Assembly (NCBI RefSeq): GCF_963921235.1
Contig: NC_086097.1
Span: 218,614,001 to 218,678,000 of the forward strand
Source: Mobula hypostoma
Taxonomy: Eukaryota
Direction: 5' to 3'
Length of the DNA: 64,000 bases
Made by a program: the position numbers and the translations under genes. Positions 1 to 13,108 of the stretch are shown in pieces; the first letter of the stretch is position 1; every line of letters begins with the position of its first letter. The notes beneath the pieces are model-generated. The model did no database searches and was not told where the DNA came from. It saw only the letters and a program-made list of their open reading frames with translations.

Positions 1-361
1 TTGTAATTGTTCATTTCCTAATAATAGTTGCAATGCAAACGGATAAATAAAGGATAGTAGTCACATTAAAATATTTGCTTAAGCTGGGAAACAATTTTCA
101 TAACTTGTTTTATCATCTATTTAAAAAAGATCTAGTGAGGAGTCAGGGTCAAACCCTGAATTAGTTCGCTGGATGGGAAGATATGCTCACCTGTGCTTTC
201 AGCTGAAATTATTCCAAGGCAACCTGGGCAGATTCCACGCATGTAGGGAAAGTATTTGCTGTGCAAACAGATGTTTATCAGGTTTAAGCATAATGCTTAT
301 GGCAATGACTGTGTTGAATTATGTACAGTGTACACTGTTAACTGAAGTGTTTTTTATTTAG

Positions 362-437
362 GGATAAAGACTACCATCTAAGAACTTACAAGTCAGTGGT
401 CATGGCAAACAAGCTGACAGACTGGCTAATTGCACAG
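362..437 (+). CDS. PREX2: PREX2 internal coding exon (DEP2 N-terminal part; about human exon 14)
   Basis: ttttatttag acceptor and GTAAAG donor. Encodes [25 protein letters not shown], matching recalled PREX2 [25 protein letters not shown]. 76 bp, phase 2 to phase 0. Confidence 0.95.
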
Positions 438-2701
438 GTAAAGAAAATCAGATATTTATTGTAGAATCTAAAATAAATAAGTCAGTTCCTCAAGAATTTG
501 TTTCACTGATTAGAAATATATTGGGTGTATGGGATGGGACACTCAGATGGCCCTGAAGAATCAGCCAAGTGATGTTTTATGACATAAATTGAAATGGTGT
601 GGTTTCCTTCAAAGCTGGAGCCGCATGCCTCATTGGTATAGCTTATTCCTGATTTAGTGATTTTACTTATAGATTCCAGTTTAGTAAGGAGGTGAACAGA
701 AAATTAAAGTCAAGACAAAAGGGTTTGGAATCTGGAGGATAAGGATTAGCAGTAGCACACAGATGAAATGAAGAATATTCATAGCCCAGGGATATAAGTG
801 AGTGAGGAAGGAAAGGAGAATGAAGCTCAGTCAAATGGATTGGCTGGAATTCGATAATGTTGCAGAGAACCAACAGAATTTGGGGTGCAAGATATCGATG
901 AATTTAGAAGAAAGCATAAGCATGGTTGGGAAGTGAAATATATCTTAGTCAGAGCCACTTTTAGCAACAGGTAACTGTGCTTTCAATGTTGTTATACCAT
1001 TGTTAATATATTGGGATGATTGAGCTGATAGACACCACTGGTTAATTGCAATACATGTGTTAGACAGGATTGGATATCCATGAATGCACTCTGTAAATCA
1101 GAATTCTGGAGTATGTCTAACTTTCCCCCTGCCTTTCAACCCACTATTGAGCCCATGACATTGGGTGGCAATGGGAGTGTTTGTTTGTATATGCTTTTAA
1201 AATAACATTGTTAATTATGGTTATTTCTCATTATCATTAGGTTTTATGTGAGCTTAGATTTTACTTTTATTTATATTTTTTATTTTAAGAAATATTTTGA
1301 TATTATACAGTTTCTAAGTGTCTCCTTATGGGTAAAGTAGTAAAGAACTATGCTAGTGTGAGCTGTTAGAAATCCAACAGGATGGCCCATCAGTAAACCC
1401 GTTTATCTGCTGCCTACAGGCAATCTGCAACCTGTGGATTGGTCTGTTTTGTGAAGGTATAGTGATAATGACACTAGGAGAACATCAAGCGTTCCACTAC
1501 ATTTTGGGTCCAGAAAGATCTAGCCCAGCTATTTTCAAACATAAAAATGTAAATTTAAGATGTTAAATGTATTTTCTTCACAGACCTTTGGATTAAGTAT
1601 ACAAAGCAAACTGATTTATACAATCTCCTGCATACAACTGAAGCTGTTGTATCTGTGTAAATATTTTAAAGTTGTGGGCTTATTGTAGGCTCCTTAGGAA
1701 TTAATGGCATCTCAGAAGCTGATTTTGCAAGTAGGGAAAGGAAATCATGTATTTGGTGAATGTTAATAATTAATTTGTAAGATTGTTTAAAGATCATGTT
1801 TACCCTTCATTCTCCGTCCTGTAATTACTTCTGACTTGATTTCATTTTAGTTTACAAGTATTTGATTTTTGAGTATTCAGTGCTCAGTAACAATATTTAA
1901 GTCTATAGAAGTTCATCTCAAATCAAAGTGAAGAAGTTTCTAAAGAATGTGCTTTTTCACTTTTGTTTCTTTTTAAAAAAGTTTTACAATCGTTGCAGTT
2001 CAAAAGTGGGCATGAAGCACCTTCTGTCAGTTCTAGGCAATCTATTCTTGATTATAGCATTACCTAGTGCAGACTGAAATTATGACAATTATGTTAATTG
2101 TGAATATTATTTTATAGTAGCTGCAGCTGTGATTTTTGGCCCCAGACTAAGATCCTAATGCCATTTTTTTTGCTTAGAAACTCAGAGTCTGTGGGCTTCT
2201 TGATCAGACAGGTTCAACACCACTGTTTGATTTACAACTTACCAGTAAATCACATGGAAGGAGTTCACAGAGCAGTCATGCAGCCATAGGTTGGGATAGA
2301 ACATGTAGTTGGATGTACCCACTATTATTCTGGAGAGGCTGAATCAAATCATCTTGCTCCTTTTTTGATGCCCCTCCCCACCTGTCATTTATTAATTCCA
2401 AACATCCCAGGGGTCCTCACGATCTGTTGGCTGAATACTGCATCAAGTGTGACACGTATGCTAGAAGCACCACACGAATAATGAAATAGGTAACATTGAA
2501 GCTGCATGCTAAATTCTGAGCTATCTTGTGCTACGGAGATGGCATCCACCAAGAGACGAATGAAAAGATTACCAAATTCACTAGGACGTCAGAACTGACG
2601 GTGAGAGATTGTAATTTCTTCAGTATGAGTTCAGTTCAGACTACCAAGGGAAAGGATAAATTAAGTGGAATCTTCCCACTAACCAGTCGCTGTGGAACGT
2701 G

Positions 2702-3045
2702 TGGCACAGTGGCGCAGCCAATGGAGTTCTTGTCTCACAGCCCCAGTGATCCAGGTTTGGTCCTGATCTCCAGTGCTGTCCAAGTTGAACTTGCAAGTTT
2801 GCCTGTGACTGCGCGAGATTCCCCTGGGTCCTCCAGTTTTTTCCCACAGCCCAGAGGTGAGCAGCTTGGTAAGTGAATTGGTTACTGTAAATTACCCCTG
2901 GTGTGTAAGTGTAAGTGCAATCTGGAATTAATGAGAATGTGAGAAAAATTAAATGGGGTGCATTTAGGATTATGGTAAATGGGTGGTTTATGGTTGGCAT
3001 CGATCTGGAGTGGTGACGGGTCTGTCCGTCTCTGTGATTTTATGA
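2702..3045 (+). mobile_element. tRNA-derived V-SINE (HE1-like), degenerate
   Basis: tRNA-like head (ggcacagtggcgcagc ... ctcacagccccagtgatccaggttt), V-domain-like core (cctgtgactgcg...ctccagttttttcccaca...taaattacccct) and a CR1-like tail. Confidence 0.75.
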
Positions 3046-3962
3046 AAACACTGTCAAGCTTGTACTAATCATTTCCAGCCAACTCTTCAACTTAAGATGC
3101 TTTATTTTGTTGCTGACAAAAGGCTTTCCACTTTATGCCAAAATATTTATGTTTAATGGATGGAAAAATTAACATTTTGCTGCTTAGAATGGTAATTTCT
3201 TGGTCTTACACATGCAGTAGTGAGCTTTACTTCCAGGAATGACTGTTGGTAAACTTTCCTTCCTTACCCATTTTGACTTGACTGTGAAATCTGAACGGTT
3301 AACCAGACCATCAGTGACTTGCTTCTGTCACCTAACTGGCTACAGTCGCATCTGCTGTTGCCCCTCCCTGTCTATCAAATCACAGCCACTAAATAAATCA
3401 TTACCACAATCCATCATTTGTCTCTTCCAATTCATCTACACGCTGGCCCTTAGCAAAGTTGTTCAATATTACATCAGGTCCTGCATCTACATTGTTGACA
3501 CCAGCTTTAACTTTTTCAGCCTCTAGCATGTTACACGGCTCTCTGATCAGTTAGAATTTCTTATAAAAAATATTAAGAAAACAGAACACTTGTGTTCATT
3601 ACTACACACTTTATTTGCTGGCCGCAAGCTCTATCTCTCTGTTTGGCAACTGAGACTGAAACAAACTAACCTTGTCATTTATGACCTGCAAAATGTTTCA
3701 GACCATGTAACTACATTGGGATTTAAATAGTTCACTTTCACATGAATAAAATTGCCTGCTTTCTCGCTTGTTCAAGCCATCCATCGTTGGGATTCTTTTA
3801 TTTTCCTTCATTTCCACATGACATAATTGTAGACCATCCCAGGATTAGAAAGTCCTGACACAGGTACTTGTACATATAAGCAAGCTCACATAATGTTATC
3901 AAATTCAAAAATCCAATGTATGTGCACATGCTCATTTCAACAAACCGCTGAAGTCTTGTCTG

Positions 3963-4031
3963 AAACCATAGAAACCATAGAAACTACAGCACAGAAACAG
4001 GCCTTTTGGCCCTTCTTGGCTGTGCCGAACC
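3963..4031 (-). mobile_element. Extremely 5'-truncated CR1 3' tail with 5 bp TSD
   Basis: (aaaccatag)n tail plus the CR1 3' stem, as the reverse complement of the tail at 63935-64000. Flanked by gtctg at 3958-3962 and 4032-4036. Confidence 0.7.
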
Positions 4032-4683
4032 GTCTGCCTTTCTTACTAGTCTTGTATGTTTTTGGTTCTAGTCAATATAATGCAGTGGAGGCTTAGTAAC
4101 CACACCGAGTGTCTTTCTAAAATATATTCTGACTTGGGGACAAAGTACTATAAAAATAGATCCTGTTTATTACCCAGGGGTGGCCTTTGTCTGAACAGAG
4201 TACTGACCAGAATTGCACCCCTACAGTAACTTGTGATAATAGAAAACTCCTGCTTTTTAACCTGAGGCCCATTCACCATCATTGTAGTTAAGCAATGCAT
4301 CAATTTAAAAATTCTTCATCTATTTTAAATGGCTCTGTGATCTAATCGGGCTCATAAGATACTGCTTAAAACATACCTCTTTTACGAAGCTTGGCCTTAA
4401 TCTTCAAAGTCTTAGCTTCACATTTTGTTTCATTACTCTCCTAAGAAGTTTTTAGAGTGTTTTACTATGTTCAAGACACTATATAAATGCAAATTGTTGT
4501 TGAATCATACTTTTGAAAACTGGTTTATCCATTAGCATTCAGGATTATGAAAATATTTCTTATATTATGCTAAAGGTGTTTTAATTTTTTTGTGAAATAA
4601 ATACTTAAAAAATTTAATCAGGATGTTTTGGCTATTATATTGTTAGAACGTGCAATGTCGAATGTCTATTACCTTATCACCAG

Positions 4684-4756
4684 GGAGACTGTAAGACCAG
4701 AGAGGAAGCAATAATCCTGGGTGTGGAACTGTGTGACAATGGTTTTATGCACCACG
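4684..4756 (+). CDS. PREX2: PREX2 coding exon (DEP2)
   Basis: caccag acceptor, GTAAGG donor. Encodes [24 protein letters not shown](V). 73 bp; phase matches both neighbours. Confidence 0.96.
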
Positions 4757-5212
4757 GTAAGGCTAAATTCAGTGCATTCTTCTGGTATCAGATCTCTTAG
4801 AGCAGTAAGTTGGCAGAATGTTTATGCTGAATTTCAGACTTGTCACATGAAAAATAAACTTTTCAAGTTTTCTGTTGTTAGCTGCAATTTTACAAGAATA
4901 CCTTTCCCATGCCCATATTAAAGTATTGGTCTTCATTTTGATTTCATTAATTAAATGTATTTTTCTGAAAAATATATTTCTATAGAATTAAAGGTATTAT
5001 GGTAAATTATAACAAGTTTTATGTGATTTCGGAGTATAACTGAGTATGAAAATATATTTCTTTATTGCAAATAATAATAAAACAGTGGAAAATCAGAGGT
5101 CTGTTGATTCCCTCGAAGAACTGTTTAGTTAGTCTCAATTTTTGACTTCACATATCTTTGCCGATAAAGCTTGAGCTGAAATTGTTATTTTTCACATTGT
5201 TTTTCTTTGCAG

Positions 5213-5355
5213 TACTTGAAAAGAGTGAATTTAAAGATGAAACCCTTTTATTCCGATTTTTTGCTGATGAGGAAATAGAAGGCTCAAATTTAAGGCAGAA
5301 GCACATGCGACATGACTTGAAAATAGTCGAAAATGTTATAGCCAAGTCATTGTTG
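5213..5355 (+). CDS. PREX2: PREX2 coding exon (end of DEP2 and linker)
   Basis: ttttctttgcag acceptor, GTAGGT donor. Encodes (V)[47 protein letters not shown]. 143 bp. Confidence 0.97.
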
Positions 5356-6198
5356 GTAGGTATCTCTGACTACTATAAATGTGTGAGATGGGACTGTTTG
5401 CATCACAAATGTAAGCATTCAAAGCAAAATCAATTATTATTTTGATTTGTTAGTAACAGGAATTAGTTTCTTCCTTTGAGAGTACCTTACAATGATATGT
5501 AAAATACTTGATACCAAGATTAAAATACTTGGTACCAAACTCAAAATGTTTGTAAATTAGTTGTGAGTGAAATTCTACACATATATTTTTATATGCAGTA
5601 AGTCTACTATAAATGCAATCTAATAAAAGTGTAGAATGTTGTGTTTTACTCCGTGCTGCCTTGTTTCAGGGTGTATCGCCCACTGATCACCTCTCATTCA
5701 ATATGTTGTAGGTTCAAGTGTTGCTCTATAAATTTTAAGTGTGGTCTCAACTGGCAAACTATTCTTATTTTGAATAAAAAGTTAAAACACCTCATGCAGA
5801 TTTTATGTAAGTTATCGGAAAATTGTGGACAAATCCATAGCTGAATCTTTTCTGCAAAAACCTCAATTGCCAGACTTCAGGCTTAAAGATCACATTGAGT
5901 TTCACCTGCTCAAGTGTGAACTGTTTCAATCTGCCCTCACAAGGAGCAACAGTGTTTTGATGCTTTGCCAAAGTTTCACCTGAGCTCCAGTGGTATAATG
6001 ATTATGCTTTCAAATCCATTAGTTCTTTTTCTCTGCTGAATATGGTAAGTGAGCTCCTCCATTCCTCATCTGTAACCTAATTTCAGTTAACATTTGTTGT
6101 CTTCAGAGAGCATTGAAAGGCAGATCATATAATGTTTTATTGTCATTACTTTCTGATCTGCCAAAGAAGTTTTAATTTAGTAAGACTTTGGGGACATT

Positions 6199-6400
6199 AC
6201 AGTAGTGTAGCAATTCACACGATACTATTACAGTTCCAGTGTCAAAATTCAGAGTTCAATTCCAGCACTGTTTGTAAGGAGTTTGTATGCCCTCCCTATG
6301 ACCATGTGGATTTCCTCCAGGTGCTCTGATCTGCTCCCACAGTCCAACCGATCAGTAACTTAACTGGTCATTGAAAATTGTCCAGTCATTAGGCCATGCC
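6199..6400 (+). mobile_element. V-SINE-like fragment
   Basis: gagttcaattcc B-box followed by gtaaggagtttgtatg...ctccaggtgctc...ctcccacagtccaa. Same family as 46934-47190. Confidence 0.65.
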
Positions 6401-6654
6401 ATTCTCCAAACAAACAAACAAGCATATATTTATATATAAAACTGACAATAATTGGAATTTAAAGAAATTTATTTCTTACTTTATTAATTAGGATATTCTT
6501 AAGATCTAGTTACAAAGTTGAATGATTAAAATATGCAAAGTGCAGTTGCTGAACTTGTAAACTAATTGTGTTGGGAGCTCGTTACTCATGTAGTAAGGCG
6601 TTAACAAATTTAAAACTTTCTTTTAAACTGAAACTAATTATTGCTCAATAAACA

Positions 6655-6955
6655 TCAGAAAACTGCAGATGTTGGAAATCTGAAATAAAGACAGAAATTG
6701 TTGAAGCACTCATAAAGTTAGGGTGCATCTGCAAAAGGAGAGGTACTGTTAACTTTTCGGTAAAGTCCCTTTGTCAGAGCTATGAAAGAGAAAAAAAAAC
6801 ACAGTTTAGTTCTACATTTGAAATAGAACTAACTTATTTTCTCTTTTTTTCAGATGAAGTGAAGGGTCTTTGACCTGAAATATAGATTCTGTTTCTTTTT
6901 CCACAGATGCTCCCTGATTTGTTGAATGATCCCTTGTTTTCTATTTTTGTTACAA
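6655..6955. repeat. Penelope terminal-repeat-derived fold-back element, degenerate
   Basis: Left arm ctgcagatgttggaaatctg...gcatctg...ctttgtcag is opposed by right arm gaagggtctttgacctgaaa...cacagatgctccctga. Both resemble the Penelope terminus at 18660-18800. Confidence 0.6.
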
Positions 6956-9289
6956 GTTAGAGATTGCTCAATCTCTACAGTTAGCTTTGGTGAGACATTG
7001 TTTATCACTGGTGGATGTCTTGAATTGTGCAATCTACTGCCTAGAAACTCAAATTAGAGTAACATATATACTGAAGGAAAATGTTCTAATACCCATGTTT
7101 GCTGATATGCAGAGGTGAATTTGCAGCTGTTAATCTGAACGTCTCATTGGACTTTAATATGTTAAATATGAGTATGAATTACTCTATGGGGATTCTCTTT
7201 TGCCAAGATCAGCAGAGAAAAAGGTAAACAGCAGGAAGGAAAACAGATGCGATACCATCTGAGGCAGATGCAGCCCATTGGACATTAACCCCACTCAAGA
7301 TTTAAGCAATAAATTTTAACTGATGACACTGAAGTTTACAAAACAAAGTATAGTTAAACTCTGCCAGATAATATATGAAAACCGGTTTTGTGCCCTTTCC
7401 AGTGGGTTTCATAGGACACCAACAAGATGGCTGCTTTAACTCTCTGGCTTGCTTCAAGCAGCAGGTTCATCCAATCATGTGTCTAACAGATCAGACACTC
7501 AATTGTCAGAACAGTTGGTAAATTTGTACAACTTGCATAACTACAAAAGGCACAAATCATGATAATCATCATTATGTTGCTAGTTTTTCCCGTGTTCCCC
7601 AAAAGGATGTAATAGATGACATTCTTATAACATTGTAGGGTAAAACCATCTCTTCAACCAGACATTAAGTGTGACCAGTTTCAAAACATTTTGTACTTAA
7701 ATATGAAATGTGCAGAAAGCTGTAACTGTGTGTGTTTACTGAGAAATTCCAGAGAGGCGTAGGCTGAATTTTGGGAATGGGAATCAGCTTCTCCAAAGAA
7801 TGAAATGGAAGCATCATTCTTCATTGAACGTTGGAAAACAAAATACAGATGCTGGAAATCTGAAACAAAATGAAATAAAAATACTGTAAATATTCAATTG
7901 GTCAGGCTGAGGTCAAACACACTTCTGTTCACACCACAGGGTACAGTGAACTTTGAGTTCTTTTCTTAATTCAACTCTGCATCTCATTTCCACATTGACC
8001 ACTCTGCTAACAAACATATTGATCTAGTTTTCTGAACTGTGCAAAAGAGAATAGTGTGGAACAAGTTATTTATGTTATGAATTGCTCCTTCTCATCCTTT
8101 TCCTGGGTATTTTCATGCAGCTCTCTCGCCAGCCTCACTGTTAAAATGTTATTATTAATACCCTCCAATCAAATTAAATAACTATATTTTCCTACATTTA
8201 AACTAATGATTATGTTCCTAGTAGTTGGACATAATTATTCCTCTTCATAATCATGGCTTGGCAATGGTGTGTTTTATTGCAGGGAGATTAGATTGAAAAT
8301 TGAGGGGAAAAGTTACAACTGCAAATGCTAGAAATCTGAATTAAAGATGAATTGCTGGCAACATTCATCAGAAAAGGAGCAATTGTCGAAAGAGAAATGG
8401 AGTTTTGTTTTAGGTCAAACACTTCTCAGCTGTTTAGGGATAGGTAGGACAAAGGGAAGGATTGCTGTTGGGATAAACTATTGATGAAGTAATCTGGTTG
8501 ATAGGTTAATGAAGAAGGAGGACTGGGTTCTTTGTGATGTTGTACTTAAAAAAGAGTTGAGTGAGGGAGCCCAACTAAAATATGTCCCATATAAACAACC
8601 AAAGGACAGGCATAGTATGAGCACATACGAGTTCCTGTGACTATACCTTTGATTTTTGTTATGCCTTCTCTCTAACTACTTTCGTTAGCTTCCTCAACTC
8701 TTGATCTCTTCAACAGCTCATCGCCTTTATAATTGTGGCCTCATTCTATCAGAGATCTTCCATTTGTCCTATACAGTATATTCTGCCTCACCCTCACTGC
8801 AACAAAGAAATAACTAGCTTCATACCATCTCCATTTTACTAAAGATCTTCAGCCTGAATATGCATAGTTTCTCCTCTTGTAGCAGCTGTCTGACTTGCCG
8901 AAAAATTTCATTTTCTGTTATTACTATTCCTGCCAATGTTTTATTTCATGTCAAGTTTATTGTTATCTAACTATATACATGAATACCATCAAATGAGACC
9001 ATGTTTCTCTGAACCAGGGTGGAAAGTACCGTAGTACATATAACACACAATAACTTCGAGAGTAAGGATAAAATCTACAGATGAATTATGCATAAAAAAC
9101 AAAGTGAAGATTAAACGTTGTAACATACAAAAGAGATAATCAAAATGCAATCAAGCAGTTTTTCATTCATCCTTTTGTTCATTTACTTAATTTATGTATT
9201 TAATCATGGACACAAGTATATTTTAGCAGGACTTGGCTGTTCAATGCCAATTGCAGGTTGCAGTTTATTTTGGAAACTGCATTTCCGTT

Positions 9290-10517
9290 CATTTTCCTGG
9301 AACAACTGGACAGCAGAAGTGTATACATCTGGATGCTCTTTATCGACCACAGCTCAGCATTCAGTGCCATCATATCCTCACAGATAATCAATAAACTCCT
9401 AGATCTTGACCCTAATACCTCCTTGTGCAATTGGGTTCTCGATTTCCTCACGTGCAGACCCCAGTTAGTTTGGATTGGCAACAACATCTCCTCCACAATC
9501 TCCATCAGCACAGGTGCACCACAAGGCTATGTGCTCAGCCCCTGCTCTACTCCCTTTACATTTATGACTGTGTGGCTAAGCACAGTTCCAATGCCATACT
9601 CAAGTTTGCTGATGACACCGTTGTCGTTGGCTGAATCGAAGGTGGTGATGAACCAACATATAGGAAAGAGATCTGGCTGAGTGGTGCCACAGCGACAACC
9701 TCTCACTCAATGTCAGCAAGATCAAGGAGCTGATTAATGACTTCAGGAGAAGGAAACCAGAGGTCCACGAGCCAGTCCTCGTTGGAGGATCAGAGGTGGA
9801 AAGGGTCAACAACTTTAAATTCCTCAGTGTTATAATTTCAGAGGACCTGTCCTGGGCCCAGCAGGTGTGTAATTATGAAGAAATCATGGCAGCGGCTCTA
9901 CTTCATTTGGAGTTTGCGGGCATTCAGCATCTAAGACTTTAACGCATTTCTATAGATGTGTAGTGGGGAGTATATTGACTGGCTAAGTGGATACGGCCCA
10001 GTCCATCATGGGTAAAGCCCTCCTCACCATTGAGCACATTTACATGAAACACTGTAGCAGCAAAGCATCCATCATCTGGGATTCACACACCCAGGACATA
10101 CTCTCTTCTCACTGTTGCCATCAGGAAGAAGATACAGGAGCCTCAGGACTCACACCACCAGGTTCAGGAACAGTTATTACCCCTCAACCATCAGGCTCTT
10201 GAACCAAAGGGAATAACTTCACTTAACTTCGCTTGCCCCATCATTGAGATATTCCCACAACCAATGGATTCACTTTCAAAGACTCTTCATCTCATGTTCT
10301 CGATGTGTCTTGCTTATTTATTTATTACTATTCTTTCTTTCTTTCTTTATTTGCACAGTTTGTAGTCTTTTGCACATTGGTTGAATGCCAAAGTTGGTAC
10401 TGTGTTTCATTAATTCTGTTATGGTATTATTGAGCTTGTCCACAAGAAAATGAAACTCAGGGCTAAATGTGGTGGCATATATGTACTTTGATAATAAATG
10501 TACTTGGAACTTTGAAA
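9290..10517 (+). mobile_element. Rex1/Babar non-LTR retrotransposon, 5'-truncated and degenerate
   Basis: RT motifs [36 protein letters not shown] and [10 protein letters not shown] across frameshifted ORFs. 3' UTR ends in aataaa...tttgaa. Confidence 0.85.
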
Positions 10518-10989
10518 TGATCAGGTGACCTCGAATGGCAAATGTGCCATCACTGCTGATTTGCGTGCTTTGGATTTGAAAAATAGCGAAGTATGGGCAG
10601 ATGAAGAAAGCTAGGATTATCACAGTAAATGACAAGATTTATAATGTATCTCCTCCATCGATCGAAAGTCTAGACTATTGTGTCAAAGGCTTTGAAACCT
10701 TTTTATGTGGTAGAGAAATCTAAATACCACATGGCATGTTTCAATAAAAAGTTTCTTACTATTAAGAAATCTTAAAATAGATCTTAATAATAGGAATATC
10801 GTGGACATGCTGTGCACATGTGGGAGTTTGTGCAATTAATAGTAAAGTAATTGGTGCAATGTAGCACATTTAAGAAAACAGCATATGTGACCAATTGACA
10901 TCAGGCCATATACTACAAATGTTTACATGTCTGTTATAAATTACTCAAGCTATGGTCCAACTCTCAAGTATATTCTCTCACTGTCCTAG

Positions 10990-11082
10990 ATTAAAGCTCA
11001 AGATGGAAGTTATGGTTTTACTCTGGAGGAGAGAAACAAGGTTCCTATTGTGAAGTCTGTGGAGAAGGGATCTTATGCTGAG
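10990..11082 (+). CDS. PREX2: PREX2 coding exon (PDZ1 N-terminal part)
   Basis: ctgtcctag acceptor, GTGAAG donor. Encodes [31 protein letters not shown], with the YGF PDZ loop. 93 bp, phase 0-0. Confidence 0.95.
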
Positions 11083-11225
11083 GTGAAGTTCTACACAATT
11101 ACAAGTAAAACTCTTTTGTAGAATATTATTGCAGTTTGAATAATCATAGTTTAGTAAAATCAATTTTTAATATTTGAGCACGATATTTGTAGTGCATTGT
11201 ATTGATACCCTCAGAAGTATAAGTG

Positions 11226-12405
11226 TAAGGTCCCACACAGGAGATTAGTGTGCAAACTTAAAGCACACGGTATTGGGGGTAAGGTATTGGTGTGGGTGGA
11301 GAATTGGTTAGCAGACAGGAAGCAAAGAGTGGGAATAAACGGGACCTTTTCAGAATGGCAGGCGGTGACTAGTGGGGTACCGCAAGGCTCAGTGCTGGGA
11401 CCCCAGTTGTTTACAATATATATTAATGACTTGGATGAGGGAATTAAATGCAGCATCTCCAAGTTTGCGGATGACACGAAGCTGGGTGGCTGTGTTAGCT
11501 GTGAGGAGGATGCTAAGAGGATGCAGGGTGACTTGGATAGGTTGGCTGAGTGGGCAAATTCATGGCAGATGCAATTTAATGTGGATAAATGTGAAGTTAT
11601 CTACTTTGGTGGCAAAAATAGGAAAACAGATTATTATCTGAATGGTGGCCGATTAGGAAAAGGGGAGGTGCAACGAGACCTGGGTGTCATTATACACCAG
11701 TCATTGAAAGTGGGCATGCAGGTACAGCAGGCGGTGAAAAAGGCGAACGGTATGCTGGCATTTATAGCGAGAGGATTCGAGTACAGGAGCAGGGAGGTAC
11801 TACTGCAGTTGTACAAGGCCTTGGTGAGACCACACCTGGAGTATTGTGTGCAGTTTTGGTCCCCTAATCTGAGGAAAGACATCCTTGCCATAGAGGGAGT
11901 ACAAAGAAGGTTCACCAGATTGATTCCTGGGATGGCAGGACTTTCATATGAAGAAAGACTGGATGAACTGGGCTTGTACTCGTTGGAATTTAGAAGATTG
12001 AGGGGGGATCTGATTGAAATGTATAAGATCCTAAAGGGATTGGACAGGCTAGATGCAGGAAGTATGTTCCCGATGTTAGGGAAGTCCAAAACGAGGGGCC
12101 ACAGTTTGAGGATAGAGGGGAAGCCTTTTAGGACCGAGATTAGGAAAAACTTCTTCACACAGAGAGTGGTGAATCTGTGGAATTCTCTGCCACAGGAAAC
12201 AGTTGAGGCCAGTTCATTGGCTATATTTAAGAGGGAGTTAGATATGGCCCTTGTGACTACGGGGGTCAGGGGGTATGGAGGGAAGGCTGGGGCGGGGTTC
12301 TGAGTTGGATGATCAGCCATGATCATAATAAATGGCGGTGCAGGCTCGAAGGGCCGAATGGCCTACTCCTGTACCTATTTTCTATGTTTCTATGTATGTT
12401 TCTAT
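11226..12405 (+). mobile_element. CR1 (HER1-like) LINE, 5'-truncated, with an uninterrupted 351 aa RT C-terminal frame
   Basis: ORF 11248-12303 contains SGVPQGSVLGP, KFADDTKLG, LVRPHLEYCVQFWSP and FFTQRVVNLWNSLP. Has a CR1 3' UTR and a (tctatgtt)n tail. Confidence 0.95.
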
Positions 12406-12959
12406 AATGCCTGATCTGGAAATTTTCAGCTGCTGTTGCAAGTTGGATTTTTATACTGTTACATGCACTCTCTTCAGTCCCAGTTACATTTCTTGATGCT
12501 TGTCAGGTGTTGAGTTGTGGGGTTGTGAAATGTCATAAGGGGTTTAGGATGTTTGGAAAAGAAACAAATCCTTCATAGACAAAGGATGTGAATAGATTAC
12601 GCCACGAAAAGGCATGGCATTTGAAGCAAAGATAAGAACATAATAAATGTCCAGTTGAAATTGTTATAAAATATCAAAATCAAAGGACATACAATTTACA
12701 AGAAATTAGGTCTACTTCAATACAGTAATCTTTTTATTTCGAAAACATGATTGAAGTATAAAACATCAATAATGTTGTGAGTTTATTAATTGCTTATGTC
12801 CAAGTATATGTCTACATCCATTTGGAGTTTCTGTAAACACAAGCTTGAAATGATTCACAATAATCTTATATGACTCATCTTTTCTGTTGTTTATGTAGCA
12901 GTTGCTAAGCTGAATGTAACAATCATGTGCCTTCCAATTTTTATGTGATTTCAACCCAG

Positions 12960-13108
12960 ATGGCAGGCCTAGAGGTCGGGAAAAAGATTTTTGCTATCAA
13001 TGGAGATGTGGTTTTCCTTCGACCCTTTCAGGAAGTCGAATGCTTCCTGCAGCACTGCTTCAATAGCAAGAGGCCTCTCAGGGTGCTTCAGAGCACAAAG
13101 CCACGAGA
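12960..13108 (+). CDS. PREX2: PREX2 coding exon (PDZ1 C-terminal part)
   Basis: aacccag acceptor, GTAAGT donor. Encodes [49 protein letters not shown](E). 149 bp. Confidence 0.97.

Noticed and set aside
5500..5540. Short tandem duplications (also ~15699-15735 and ~28939-28973)
   Set aside because: These are ordinary slippage duplications of 15-20 bp with no functional signal.
11634..12326. 230 aa minus-strand ORF
   Set aside because: It is the antisense shadow of the intact CR1 ORF2, with no independent evidence.
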